64,000 nt of DNA from Mobula hypostoma (taxonomy: Eukaryota), in contig NC_086097.1 in the NCBI RefSeq assembly GCF_963921235.1, positions 200,386,001-200,450,000 on the forward strand. The letters are read 5' to 3'. Of the stretch, positions 51,336-63,086 are shown in pieces. Position 1 is the first letter of the stretch; the number at the start of each line of letters is the position of its first letter. The position numbers and the translations under genes are program-made. Under the pieces are notes generated by a model that ran no database searches, had not been told where the DNA came from, and was given only the letters and a program-made list of their open reading frames with translations.

Positions 51336-51699
51336 CAAGGGGTGATTGATAAGTTTGTGGCCTAAGGTTATACAGCTCTCGTTACATGCACGTGCAGCTT
51401 AACTCTTTGAGTGATTATGCAGAAAGTTTGAAGTTAGTAACTTTTGTGGTATTTCTGTTTCAGATAATTGAAAATTGCTAGGTTTTCTAAAATTGACTCC
51501 TTCCACTTTAGGCCACGAACTTATCAATCACCCCTCGTATGTCACACCCAATTTGTTTACCTGCTCATTTCATGTACTGGGCAACTTCCTTGCCCCATTC
51601 ATGTAATGAGCAGGTACACAAATTGGGTGTGACATACGAGGGGTGATTGATAAGTTTGTGGCCTAAAGTGGAAGGAGTCAATTTTAGAAAACCTAGCAA
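51336..51699. mobile_element. Mariner-type MITE derivative with three TIR copies
   Basis: TA-c(a/g)aggggtgattgataagtt(t/c)gtggcctaa at 51334(+), ending at 51539(-), and again at 51635(+). Confidence 0.8.
51475..51699. repeat. Long inverted repeat (100-bp arms, 3 mismatches, 25-nt spacer)
   Basis: 51475-51574 is the reverse complement of 51600-51699 at 97/100 positions. Confidence 0.95.
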
Positions 51700-53333
51700 A
51701 TGTATATGAATAGGGCTTCTTACAATGTCAAGCACTAAACCAAGATGAAAGAAATATATGAATTCCAGAGCTTGAAATATAGTGATAGTTTAAGACATTA
51801 ACGAGATTATAGCCTATCACTACATTTCAGTGTATAACTGGTACAATAATATAATACTTAATTTAACAATATGACAAAGTATTGCACAGTTGTACTCACT
51901 AATTATCATAAAATATAATTATGAAGCGAGTAAAGTAAAAGATAGTAATCATATATTTTACCAATTTAAAAGTAATTACCTACTTACCAAATGCCACCAA
52001 TGAGAAGTTTCACAATAATTTCCACAAAGGGTCAGGCGTGATATGTGTTCAGGGTTTTGAAGCAACTCTTGTCCTGGTGTCATCTGCTGATCTGTGGTAC
52101 CGCAGCCATGATGTGACATACGGCTCAGGATTCCACTGAACTAGAGGAGGTCCATGTAGTTTAACAAACATAAGTGTTGATACATGATCTATGAGAATCC
52201 TTGAGTGTGTTGTTGTTATTATCAAGTTCATGTGACTGAATCCTCTCTCACACTCAGCAGTACTAATAGGAATAACTTGTGAACAGCTCAGTGGGTGTAA
52301 ATCTTGGAGAATGCAATGTCCACGATCCTCCACATAATCTCTAAAGGCCTTTATTACAGAGGAAGAAGAAAGCTTAAACCTCTTACAGCGAGATGATATT
52401 GCAGCTTCTCCATAATTAGACGGTATTTCAACAGGTCAGTTATCTTTATCAAGGACACATATTTCATTTAGCAGGGATTTGTACATACTTTGAGGTTTAG
52501 AAGTTTGAGAACCTTTCAAGGATGTTGTCATGAACATACAGTGCTGCAAATTGTTTATGAGACTATTAAGAAACTGTAGATAATTAATGGAGACAATTTT
52601 GTTGTTGCTTGTTAAGGTAATTTCTCCAAACTTCCCCTTTTCAACTACCTCTTGAGCTTCTAGAGTTTTGTACCAGGTTGCTCTTTCAGTCCATGCAGTG
52701 ATCTTATGCTCCATTGGATCAGTTTGTCTGCATAAACAATCGTAGGAGTACGTTTCTGTAAAACACTCTGACAGTAAACCAAGTTCATGCAACGTGTCAT
52801 ACATTAGAGCAAATTCCAACAGAAACTGTTCTGAAGAGAGTCTTTTTAACAGACCTTCATAGGTTTTTCTGTCACTCCCAGATCTTATTTCATCCTTCAT
52901 TGCTTTTTCAAAATGAAAATACAGTGCTTCATAATTTTGCCACACTGCTGAAACTGTTTGAAATGAGCTAGCTACCCACCTGGTGCCCAGAACACAGACT
53001 ATTTTGCAAATTTGTTGATCTAGTTGAGAGGCACATTCAGACAGTTCCTTTTGATTTAGAGGTGATCTACTCTAAACAGAGTATAATTTGTCCATATTTA
53101 TTTATTCCATGAACTTCTCTCACCGAATCACCTACTGTAAGTTGTAATCTGCGATTAAGACAGTGTCACGGTCCGGTCCATGAAGTCTGGATTCCGGTTC
53201 ACGGTCCAGTCCATTATTCTTTATTCCAGGTCTTCTGGTTTTCCCTTTTTCTGTTGGGTGCTCTAATTGAGGCAGCTGATCCACATTTTGGGCTGGCTAC
53301 ATAAATAGCTCCTTGGTTCAGCTTCAGTTGCTG

Positions 53334-55836
53334 CCAAGTGCATAGAAAGAAGCAGTAGTACTTCCAATAAGGAAGCCTGGCAAGGATCTGTCAAAACCCA
53401 CTAGCTACAGACCAATTGCATTAACATCAAGTATATGTAAGATAATGGAAAGGATGATAACAGAAAGGTTGCCGTATGAGCTTGAGAAAAGGGGAATGCT
53501 GGCAAGTTATCAGAGTGGTTTTAGAAAGGGAAGGAATTCCATGGACTCAGTGATAAGGTTAGAGACTGAAATAAGGAAGGCCCAGGCAAATAAAGAGTCA
53601 GTAGTGGCAGTGTTCTTTGACATTGAAAAAGCCTATGATATGATGTGGAAGGAAGGATTATTAATTAAACTGCACAAGATGGGGGTTGGTGGGAGAGTTT
53701 TTAATAGGATTAAAGATTTTTTGTTTGGTAGAAAAATTCAAGTTTGGATTGGATCAGAATTATCAAAACAGTACATAGTGGAAAATGGCACACCTCAAGG
53801 TAGTGTGATTAGCCCGTTACTTTTCATCATTATGATCGATGATGTCTTCACAAAGGTACCAGGGGATATAGGTACGTCACTGTTTGCGGATGATGGGGCC
53901 TTGTGGAAAAGAGGCAGGAACATAGACCATATAATCAGGAAACTACAAGAAGCAATTGATGAAGTGGTGGAATGAGGTTATGATTGGGGATGTAGATTTT
54001 CAGTAGAAAAAACTCAAACTGTATTTTTTACTAGGAAAAGAGTTGAGGTAGGGAAGAAGTTAAGGATGTATGGGGTTGAATTAGAAAGGGTTGCATCATT
54101 TAAATTTCTGGGAGTTATATTTGATTCACGATTAACATGGGCAGACCATATCAGCAAAGTTGAGGAGAAATGTGAAAAAGTAATAAATGTGATGAGATGT
54201 TTGACTGGTAGGGAATGGGGAGCAAGTTGTTCAGCATTGAAGAGAATATATGTGGCTTTAGTGAGATCTGTGTTGGACTATGGAAATATAGCATATGGAT
54301 CAGCAGCTAGGTCTCTTATAAGGAAACTGGATGTGATTCAGGCTCAGGCCTTGAGAGTGTGCAGTGGGGCTTTTAAAACGTCACCAGTGTCAGCCCTACA
54401 GGTAGAAATGGGAATAATGCCTTTGGAACTAAGAAGGATGCAACTGATGGCAAACTGCTGGGCTAACTTGCAGGGGCACAATGATTCTCACCCTACTAAA
54501 GGAGTGTTGCTGGAGTGCTGGGAAAATGGGAGGTTTCAGAGGGATACCTTTAGTCGGGTAGGGAATGATATCACGAAAGAATGTGGAGTATTTGATCTGA
54601 GGATAAGTCCTTCAGTAGTTTATCCGGTTGTAGCTCCATGGAAGCTTGTATGGCCTGACATAGACTGGCATTTGTTAGAGGTAAAAAGGAAAGAAAGATA
54701 TAAAACAGATTTGGTAAATGCATTTAACTGTCATGTGATGGAAAAGTATAGTGATTATACTCACATTTATACGGATGGTGCGAAGGAACCTGAAACAGGA
54801 GTGACAGGGTTTGGGGTGGTTATACCAGCAAAAGAAACTGGAATTAGCAGAAGAACATCTAATAAGTTAGGGGTGTTTACAGTGGAGATGCTGGCAGTGT
54901 TGGTTGCGTTGCAATGGGTGCAGAAAGCCAGACAAGTCAAAGCATTGATATGTTCAGATTCATCCTGAGTTCTAGCAAGTTTAAGGTCTTTTCACACAAA
55001 CAGTCGGCAAGATGTCCTTTATGAAGTCCTTCAGTTAGTTACAAGAATTGCAAATCAGGGAGGTCAGGTAAAATTTCTATGGGTTCCAGCACATGTAGGG
55101 GTGAAGGGGAATGAGAGGGTGGATGAGTTGGCAAAGAGGGCATTAAAGAAAGAGAATGTAGAAATGCACATTAGTATCAGTAAAGCAGAGGTTAAGTGTG
55201 TAATCTGGGAAAAAGTCAACCAAATGCGGCAAGAAAGTTGGGACAGGGAGGGGAAAGGGAGGCATTTATATCAAATACAAAAAAGTGTTGCAGGTATGAG
55301 GGTAGGTAATGGAAACAGAAGAGAGGAAATTGTGTGGACTAGGTTAAGGCTGGGGCATTGTGCATTTAACAAAACATTGAAAATGATAGGGAAACACCAG
55401 ACAGGATTGTGTGAGGAATGTCAGGAAGAGGAGTCAGTAGAACATGTAGTTCTGAGTTGCAGGAAGTATGGGATACAGAGAGAGATGATGACAATTAAAC
55501 TAAGGGAGTTGAGGGTGCAGGAATTCACATTAAAAGGGTTGCTGGGCATGGGTGAGAGAGCACAGGTCCGGGTATTTTTAGGGTTCTTAAGGGATACGGG
55601 GGTTTTTTATAGGATATGACAGATAAACAGGAATAGGGTACTAGGATGGTCAAAGATGGGAGGGTAAAGTGTAGGTTTGTGTGTGTGCATGCGTGCGTGC
55701 GTGCGTGTGTGCGCGAGCGAGATTGGGTGAAGGGATTTAGATTATATGTCTAGTGCACATTCCAGAGCAGAAGGTGGCGGTAATGCACCATTAAGCTGGA
55801 TGCCAACCGCCGTAAAACAAGACACAGACAGACAGA
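53334..55836 (+). mobile_element. I-group (Nimb-like) LINE, 5' truncated: RT + RNase H + C-terminal Cys/His motif
   Basis: SYRPIALTS, YQSGFRKG, FDIEKAYD, GTPQGSVISP, LFADD, IYTDGAK...ICSDS...WVPAHVGVKGNERVDELAK, RLRLGH...CEEC...EHVVLSC. 3' stem ggcggt...accgcc, (GACA)n tail, 15-bp TSD cagcttcagttgctg. Confidence 0.92.
55678..55716. repeat. Alternating purine/pyrimidine microsatellite (TG/CG) in the Nimb 3' UTR
   Basis: tgtgtgtgtgcatgcgtgcgtgcgtgcgtgtgtgcgcg. Confidence 0.85.
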
Positions 55837-56280
55837 CAGCTTCAGTTGCTGGATTGTTCCCGTCCTAACGCCCTGTCTGAATCCCTTCTCTGCCCCTTCC
55901 TCCTGAAGTCCTGCCATGCTCCTGCAACCTGTGTCTGAAGCCTTGCCAAGCCTTGACTTGCCTCCAAGCCTCCAAGCCTTGCCTTGCCTGCAACCTTTGC
56001 CTGCACCACTGTCAAGTTCAACTATCAGAGCAAGACTGGAGCCTTGCTGTGTCAGGATAAGAAACTGTCTGTCATTGTTTGGAACTGTCTCTCTGTGTCC
56101 ATGCCTTTGCTAGGTAGGTCTGGCCGTTCGCTGCTACCTAGTGTTGGGATCTGTCTCGTTGTGTTCAGCATTCTGTGTATGAGTCCTGGCTCCACGTCCT
56201 GTTCCCAAGGAGGGGTCCTGGCTCTGTGTTCCATGTCTCTGCGTTCCTGTCCCTCTGCAAGACCAAGGCTCTGTGTTCCC

Positions 56281-57155
56281 ATGAGGAGGATGTTATGAGA
56301 ATGCAGTGTGACTTGGACAGGCTGGGTGAGTGGGCAGATGCATGGCAGATGCAGTTTAATGCAGATAAATGTGAGGTTATCCACTTTGGTGGTAAGAACG
56401 GGAAGACAGATTATTATCTAAATGGAGTCAAGTTAGGAAAAGGGGAAGCACAATGAGATTTAGGTGTTCTTGTGCATCAATCACTGAAAGCAAGCATGCA
56501 AGTACAGCAGGCAGTGAAAAAAGCTAATGGCATGCTGGCCTTCATAACAAGGGGAATTGAGTATAAGAGCAAAGAGGTCCTTCTGCAGCTGTACAGGGCC
56601 CTGGTGAGACCACACCTGGAGTACTGTGTGCAGTTTTGGTCTCCAAATTTGAGGAAGGACATTCTTGCTATTGAGGGAGTGCAGCGTAGGTTCACAAGGT
56701 TAATTCCCGGGGTGGCGGGACTGTCATACGTCGAAAAATTGGAGCGACTGGGCTTGTATACTCTGGAATTTAGAAGGCTGAGAGGGGATCTTATTGAAAC
56801 ATATAAGATTATTAAGGGATTGGACACGCTGCAGGCAGGAAGCATGTTCCCGTTGATGGGTGAGTCCAGAACCAGTTTAAGAATTAGGGGTAGGCCATTT
56901 AGAACGGAGTTGAGGAAAAACTTTTTCACCCAGAGAGTGGTGGATATATGGAATGCTCTGCCCCAAAAGGCTGTGGAGGCCAAGTCTCTGGATGCTTTCA
57001 AGAAAGGGATGGATAGAGTTCTTAAAGATAGCAGAATCAAAGGTTATGGGGATAAGGCAGGAACTGGATACTGATAGTGGATGATCAGCCATGATCACAG
57101 TGAATGGTGGTGCTGGCTTGAAGGGCCGAATGGCCTACTCCTGCACCTATTGTCT
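56281..57155 (+). mobile_element. Young CR1 3' fragment inserted in the solo LTR
   Basis: ORFs 56175-56456 and 56472-57074 (LDRLGEWADAWQMQFN, RPHLEYC, FFTQRVV) and tail ctgcacctattgtct. Confidence 0.9.
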
Positions 57156-59094
57156 GTCCCTCCGCTAGACCGTGCTCTTGTCACAGCTCTCTAGTCAAGT
57201 CCTATTCCTAGTTCTTCAGTGTCTGTGTCTTGCATTTGGGTCCACTCCCAGCACCCCTGTGTGACAGACAGTGCCAAATTATCACATCAGGGTAATGTTC
57301 CTTGAGAATTGTAGCAAAACCAGATTGGATACCAAGCATTATGCTCATCCCACACTAGCAAATGCTACAAGGTTCTGTTTCAAGTAAGAGTCATTGAACC
57401 CATGGTTATTGAGACAGTTCAATAGATGCTTAGTTGCAGCTTTCTGATCAGGCAGTTCAATTAGATCTAAAAACATAAAATGAGGATCATCTTCCTTATC
57501 ACTTTCACATTTCAAATAAACTATTAGGGCAGTCTTAATGCTCAGGCTTGTTGATTCATCAATGAGAACAGAAAATTTGCCATTTATCTGCTTGATATGC
57601 TGACAAATTTTCTTTTTCATATTAATGGCTATGTGATTAATTATCTCTATAGCACTAGTGCGGGAATACAGTCCAATTTCCATGTCAATACCATTAATTT
57701 TTCTGAAGTTCCAATAAGCCAAAGTGACCAGAGTATGGTCTGTCATTCGGAGCTAAATAACATGCAGAACGAAAAATTGAACAAGTTGCCTTTAGATGCA
57801 AAGATGCCTTTAGATGGTGTCACATAATTTTCCAAGAGCATCTTCAGTAGCTGTATTTTCAACACTTAGAGCAGAAGTGTGAGCTTTTGATAGTTTGTGA
57901 TCAACAATTTTTTTTTCTCTGAGAGATTTCAAGCATGTACTTCGACCAACTCCATAATAGGATATTAGGTACATCTGCTATTCATTTGACAGCCTCAAAC
58001 CCTTAGAGATGAAAAGTGTCAGATTGCTTTTGTTTGCACATACTTTACACTCAAGTTTTTCATCTTTGACGTCTAACCGGGGATAAGTTTCCTTCTTTTT
58101 CTTCCACATTTCTTCAGTCCAAACATCTGAACAGGGATACAAGCCTGACTTCGAAGGACCATTACTTTCAAAACTGCATTTGGACCCGGTTAGAAAATAT
58201 GAACTAGAAGCAGGTGAAACACAGCTTTTGTCACTTTTACTGTTATCGATTTCTTGTACGTTATTCTTGTTACACTCCTCAGCTTGTCTACGAAAGAAAG
58301 AAGTTAACATTGTTTGCTTAGAAGCCATAGGATTGTTAGTGAGAAAAATTTACTTTTGTATTAGCGAGTAATCCAAGGACCACCACAGATGTAGCCTGAC
58401 TAATATGACTGAGTCAGAGCAGACAGCAGGGTCCGCAGCGCTTAGCAGTGTTCCTAAGCAGGTATAAAAATAACAGAAATAAAGCAAATAAGCTTTTTAC
58501 ACTTTTAGCCACCTAAATTGGAACCAAGTAATCAAGTATTGAAAAAGAACGTCTAATGAACTATTGCTAAAGCCACGAATATTGCTGAATATGAGTATCA
58601 AAAGCGGTAGGTTGGCAACTTTGCCTCATACCGTTTCTCTCGCAGAAATGGTTGGATAGGAAGTGTACCTGTGAATGTTGATATTGAGGGAGCAAGGAAT
58701 CTGTAGGAGTACTCAGACAGATTGAGAGAATGGGCAAAGAGACAGCAGATGGAATATACTGTAGGGAAGGGTATGGTCATGCACTTTTATAGAAGGAATA
58801 AAGGCATAGACTATTTTCTAAACAGAAGAAAAAGGAATTCTTTGGCTCAAGGTGTTGCTTTCTAAAATGTACTGGATTAACCTTTTACTGTTTCAGTGAT
58901 TGCCTTCCTTCTGTCACAAACTCTGATGTGGGAATGTTCAATGATGGCATCATGACGTGCTTGTCCATCGGCAACACCAGCTGAGTATTTGCAGCTGAAG
59001 TGGCGAGACAGGTACAACAGTATCATTTATGAAGCACTTGGATAAGTACATGGAGGGGGCTTAACGGAATATGGGCCGAACACAGGAAAATGGG

Positions 59095-60320
59095 GACACA
59101 AGATTCTGCAGATGCTGGAATCCAGAGCAACTCACACAAAATACTCAAGGAACTCAGAATGTCAGGTGGCACCTATGGAAATGAATAAGCAGTCAATGTT
59201 TCAGGCTGAGAAGCTTCTTCAGAACTGGAAAGGAAGTGGGAAGATGCTGGAATAAAAAGTTTGGGGGAGGGAAAGGAGGACTTGCTAGAAGGTGATTGGT
59301 GAAGCCAGGTGCGTGGGAGAGGTAAAGGGCTGGAGAAGAAAGAATCTGATTGAAGAGGAGAGTGGACCATGGGAGGAAGGGAAGAAGGAGGGGCAGGTAG
59401 AGACAGGTAAGGAGAAAGGTAAGAGGCCAGAGTTGGGGGAAAAAGGAGCAGAGGGAAGGGTGAGGGAAACAAATTGCCAGAAGGAGAAATCGATATTGGG
59501 ATAGAGACTACCTAGATAGAATATGAGGTGTTGCTCTTCCACCCTGAGAGTGGCTTCTTCGGGGCAAAAGAGGATGCCATGGAGTGACATGTCGGAACGG
59601 GAATAGGGATAGGAATTAAAATGGTTGGCCACTGGGAAATAATGTTTTTGGCGGATGGAGCAGAGGTGCTCAACAAATTAGTTCACATCAGGAGCACTGG
59701 ATACAATTGACAACCCCAACAGCTTTACAGGTACCTCACCTGGAAGGACCTGGAGGAGGAGAATGGGAATGTGTAGCATTTATGTCACTTGCAGGGATAT
59801 GTGGCAGGAGAGACAAATTGACAAGGAATCATCGAGGGAGTGATCCCTGTGGAAAATGGAGAGTGGGGGAAGTTAAGATGTGTTTAGTGGTAGAATCCCA
59901 TTTGAAGATGGTGGAAGTTGTGTAAAGTGATGTGTTGGATGCAGAGTCTCATGAGGCAGTAGGTGAGGACAAGAGGAACTTTATCACTGTTAAGGCACTG
60001 GCAAGATGAGGTGAGTGTGGAAGTCTGCAAAATGGAGGAGGTGCAGGTGAGGGCAGCATCAATAGTGGAAAAAGAAAAACATTGTTCTTTGAAGGAGGAG
60101 AATATCTCTGATATCCTGGATCAGGAAGTCTCATACTGGGAACAAATGCGGCAGAGACGAAGCAACTGAGAAAAGGGAATAGCATTTTTACAGAAGGCAG
60201 GGTTGGGAAGCGATATAGTCAGGATAGCCATGGGAATCATTATGTTTAAAAGATGTTAATGGGCAACTTGTCTCCACAGATGGAGACAGAGAGAATAAGA
60301 AAGAGGAAAGAGGTGCTAGA
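59095..60320 (-). mobile_element. Degenerate Penelope-like element
   Basis: ANHFNSYPYSRSDMSLHG...EEQHLIFYLGSL; terminal hammerhead-like motif at 59190-59227. Confidence 0.8.
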
Positions 60321-60499
60321 AAATGGGACCAGCTAGGTAGGCACCATGATCAGCATGCAATCATTGGGTTGAAGTGCCTGTATTCGTGCTGCATTGCTAT
60401 ATGAATTTGTGACTCATTAACTATTTCTATTTCAGATTTACAACACCTGCAGGTGTTTTTTGCTGCTCAGTTAATGAACTAGCCCATGCCTATGTATTG

Positions 60500-61200
60500 C
60501 AACAGTGAGACAACATTCATAGGGATACGAGAGGTGCACAGAATTATGAGAGGCACAGATAGGTTAGATGGTAAGCAACTTTTAACCTAGACAGGGGTGT
60601 CTATAACCATTGTGAAGAATATTAGAGGGAATATGAGGAAGATTTTTTACACCTGGGGGTGGTAGCAATCCAGAAAGTACTGCCCTTGTAGAAGCAGGTA
60701 TGCTCATATTTAAGAAGCATTTGGACAATAGTGTATAAAATGATGAGAGGCATTGATCGTGTGAATAGTCAGAGGCTTTTTCCCAGGGCTGAAATGGCTA
60801 GCACAAGAGGGCACAGTTTTAAGGTGCTTGGAAGTAGGTACAGAGGAGATGTCAGGAATAAGTTTTTTTACGCAGAGAGTGGTGAGTGCATTGAAAGGGC
60901 TGCTGGCAATGGTGGTGGAGGCGGATACAATAGGGTCTTTTAAGAGACTCCTGGACAGGTATATGGAGCTCAGAAAAATAGAGGGCTATAGGTAACCCTA
61001 GGTAATTTTTCAGGTAAGTACATGTTCAGCATAGCTTTGTGGGCCAAAGGGCCTGTATTGTGCTGTAGGTTTTCTATCTTTCTAACATTTGAATGACTAA
61101 AGCATAATAGGCTATTAAGCAAGTGCTGGTAAATGAAGTTACTACAGATAGTTACCCAATGGACATAGTGGGCTGAAGGCCCAGTTTCTGTGATGTAAGT
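60500..61200 (+). mobile_element. Nested CR1 3' fragments
   Basis: 60730-61083 (YKMMRGIDRVNSQRLFP family) lies inside an older CR1 tail. Confidence 0.8.
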
Positions 61201-62474
61201 ATGGTTATTCCTGTATGATTCTAGGTACCAAGCAAAAACAATCTCAGAAAAGGCAAAATCCGATTATTTCATCTTGGCAGGCTGAATCATTCCCGTTAAC
61301 CTTTTGTCGACAACATCACTGACCTAACTCATCTGTACCGAGGCAAAAAGAGCAGATCCAAAGTTAGGTTCACCTTATGACTATGAAAATTCTTGCCGTT
61401 ACCAACAAAAACTCAAGTTGGGAGAGTGACAGAATAGTTCTCTGAATGAGAGCAGCTCCAAGATCACTCAAGAAGTTTGGACACCATCCAGGAGAATGCA
61501 AGCCACAAATATTAAATCCCTTTACCATCAAAGCACCACAACAATTGATTCAACTCAAAAATGTGTGGAAGTAACACTCCAATGCAATTTCAACACCACT
61601 CTCCAAACCCATTAACCTCTACTACCTAGGGCAAAAATAGCACAAATGCAGCTTATCCTTTAAATGATCCACCATCAGGACTTGGAAGAATATCTTTCCT
61701 CATTTTGTCAAAATCCTGGAAATGCCTACTCTACAAAATAAAAAGACAACTCTATAACTTTTTCAGAGCAAGTGACAATAAATGAAGCACTCCTCACTTT
61801 CCAAAAAAAGATTTTTTTTAATAGTCTTCGGAAAGATTAATCCCAAAGCAGTGGGTTATAAATGTGCTGTTGATAGCATGTTAAATTTCTTTGTGCTTAC
61901 AAAGCCAAGCTTTCCATTTGCTTCTTTAACTTACAAATCACCTTGAAGTGCTTGTGAAAATTCACCTCCTCAAAATAGTGCCTTTAGATTGTGTTGCACC
62001 CCTATGTCATTTCTCCAAAAGTACTTCAGAAGACACTGAATCAAATTGCGTCTCCTGCATATTTGCTCTCTTCCCCAGTCTATGTCCAGCTGATGACTAC
62101 TATTATCTTCCATCGTTAAATTTGCATTAGGGTTGCAGATACCTGACCTAGAAATTTTTCTCAAAGAGCAATATTTATTTTTGTTTTCTGCAGAAGAACT
62201 TAATCAAAGGTCTGATCCTATTTACAGTTTTCATAAGACAGCAAATTACTTTTGTTGTTCTGTACAAAAAGGCACACTTAGACTGCAGGACTCCAAGCTT
62301 GAGCAGTGGCATGAAAAGATGCTGAATCCCTTTCAAATTCAGTGCAAGTTAAGTGGGACCAAATTGACCCCCAAGTCTATGGACTTCAGTACATGGATCC
62401 TTGTACAACTAATTCTCTTTAATGTTTCTAACTATACATCACCTGCTCTATTATACCCACTATTTGCTGTGGTT

Positions 62475-63085
62475 TCAAGTTCAAGTTTATTATCATCTAA
62501 CTGTACAAATGTACAACCAAATGAAACAACATTCCTCTGGATCACAGTGCACCCACAAAACAGGTATCACACACAGCACATAAAACAAAATATGACCACA
62601 AGTAAGTTAATAAAATGTAACATGTAATTCAAGGTGTATGTTGTGTGCAGCACAGGTGAACAGTAATCAGCTCGCTCTCCTATTGACAGGACCTTAGTGC
62701 TGGCAAGGTATTCATTAGAATCATATCCTGACCGCAATGGGTCAAAGAGATTGTGGGATAGGAGGTCAGGATCCTCAACAATGCTTTTAGGCCCTTTATA
62801 TGCAGCCCTCCAGGTAAATGTCACAAATCAGTGGAGAGACCCTGATGATTCTCCCAGTGGCTTTTACTATGTTCTGTTGGGTCTTGTGGTACAATGCCTT
62901 GCAGCTTCTGTACGACACAACAATGCAGCTAGACAGGACACTCTCGATAGTGTTCCTGTAGAAAGTTACTGGAATGGGGACTGCATGCCTCTTTCTCCTC
63001 AGAAAGCATAGACACTGTTGTGCTTTCTTGACTAACGAAGAGGTGTTGTGGGTCCAGTTTAGATTATCTGTTATGTCAACACCAA
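62475..63085 (-). mobile_element. Rex1/Babar 3' fragment
   Basis: LGVDITDNLNWT...KKAQQCL...FYRNTIESVLSSCI. Confidence 0.8.
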
Positions 63086-63086
63086 G

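Larger units (their letters stand above)
53164..57266 (+). mobile_element. Solo LTR (Gypsy-like; about 0.7 kb once its two LINE inserts are removed)
   Basis: TGTCAC...GTGACA termini; perfect 5-bp TSD GACAG (53159-53163 and 57267-57271); TATA-like ataaata at 53301; U5-like tgcatttgggtcc near the 3' end. Confidence 0.88.
51300..58650 (-). mobile_element. hAT DNA transposon with a KIAA1586/ZNF862-like transposase pseudogene (ORF remnants 58328 to 52010), interrupted by a solo LTR
   Basis: FSVLIDESTS, LVAFAS(V/D)G, IIWHCLN|RRLQL across the LTR site, VLGTRWVASS, IPISTAECERGFSHMN (hAT dimerisation region); multiple frameshifts. The terminal repeats are not clearly resolved. Confidence 0.85.

Noticed and set aside
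53973..54968. In-frame TGA codons as selenocysteine or programmed read-through
   Set aside because: They are explained by single substitutions in a dead TE copy, a TAG is also present, and I saw no SECIS evidence.
62133..62627. 164-aa ORF as a host gene
   Set aside because: No recognisable domain, a non-ATG start, and its 3' part runs into a Rex1 3' UTR.
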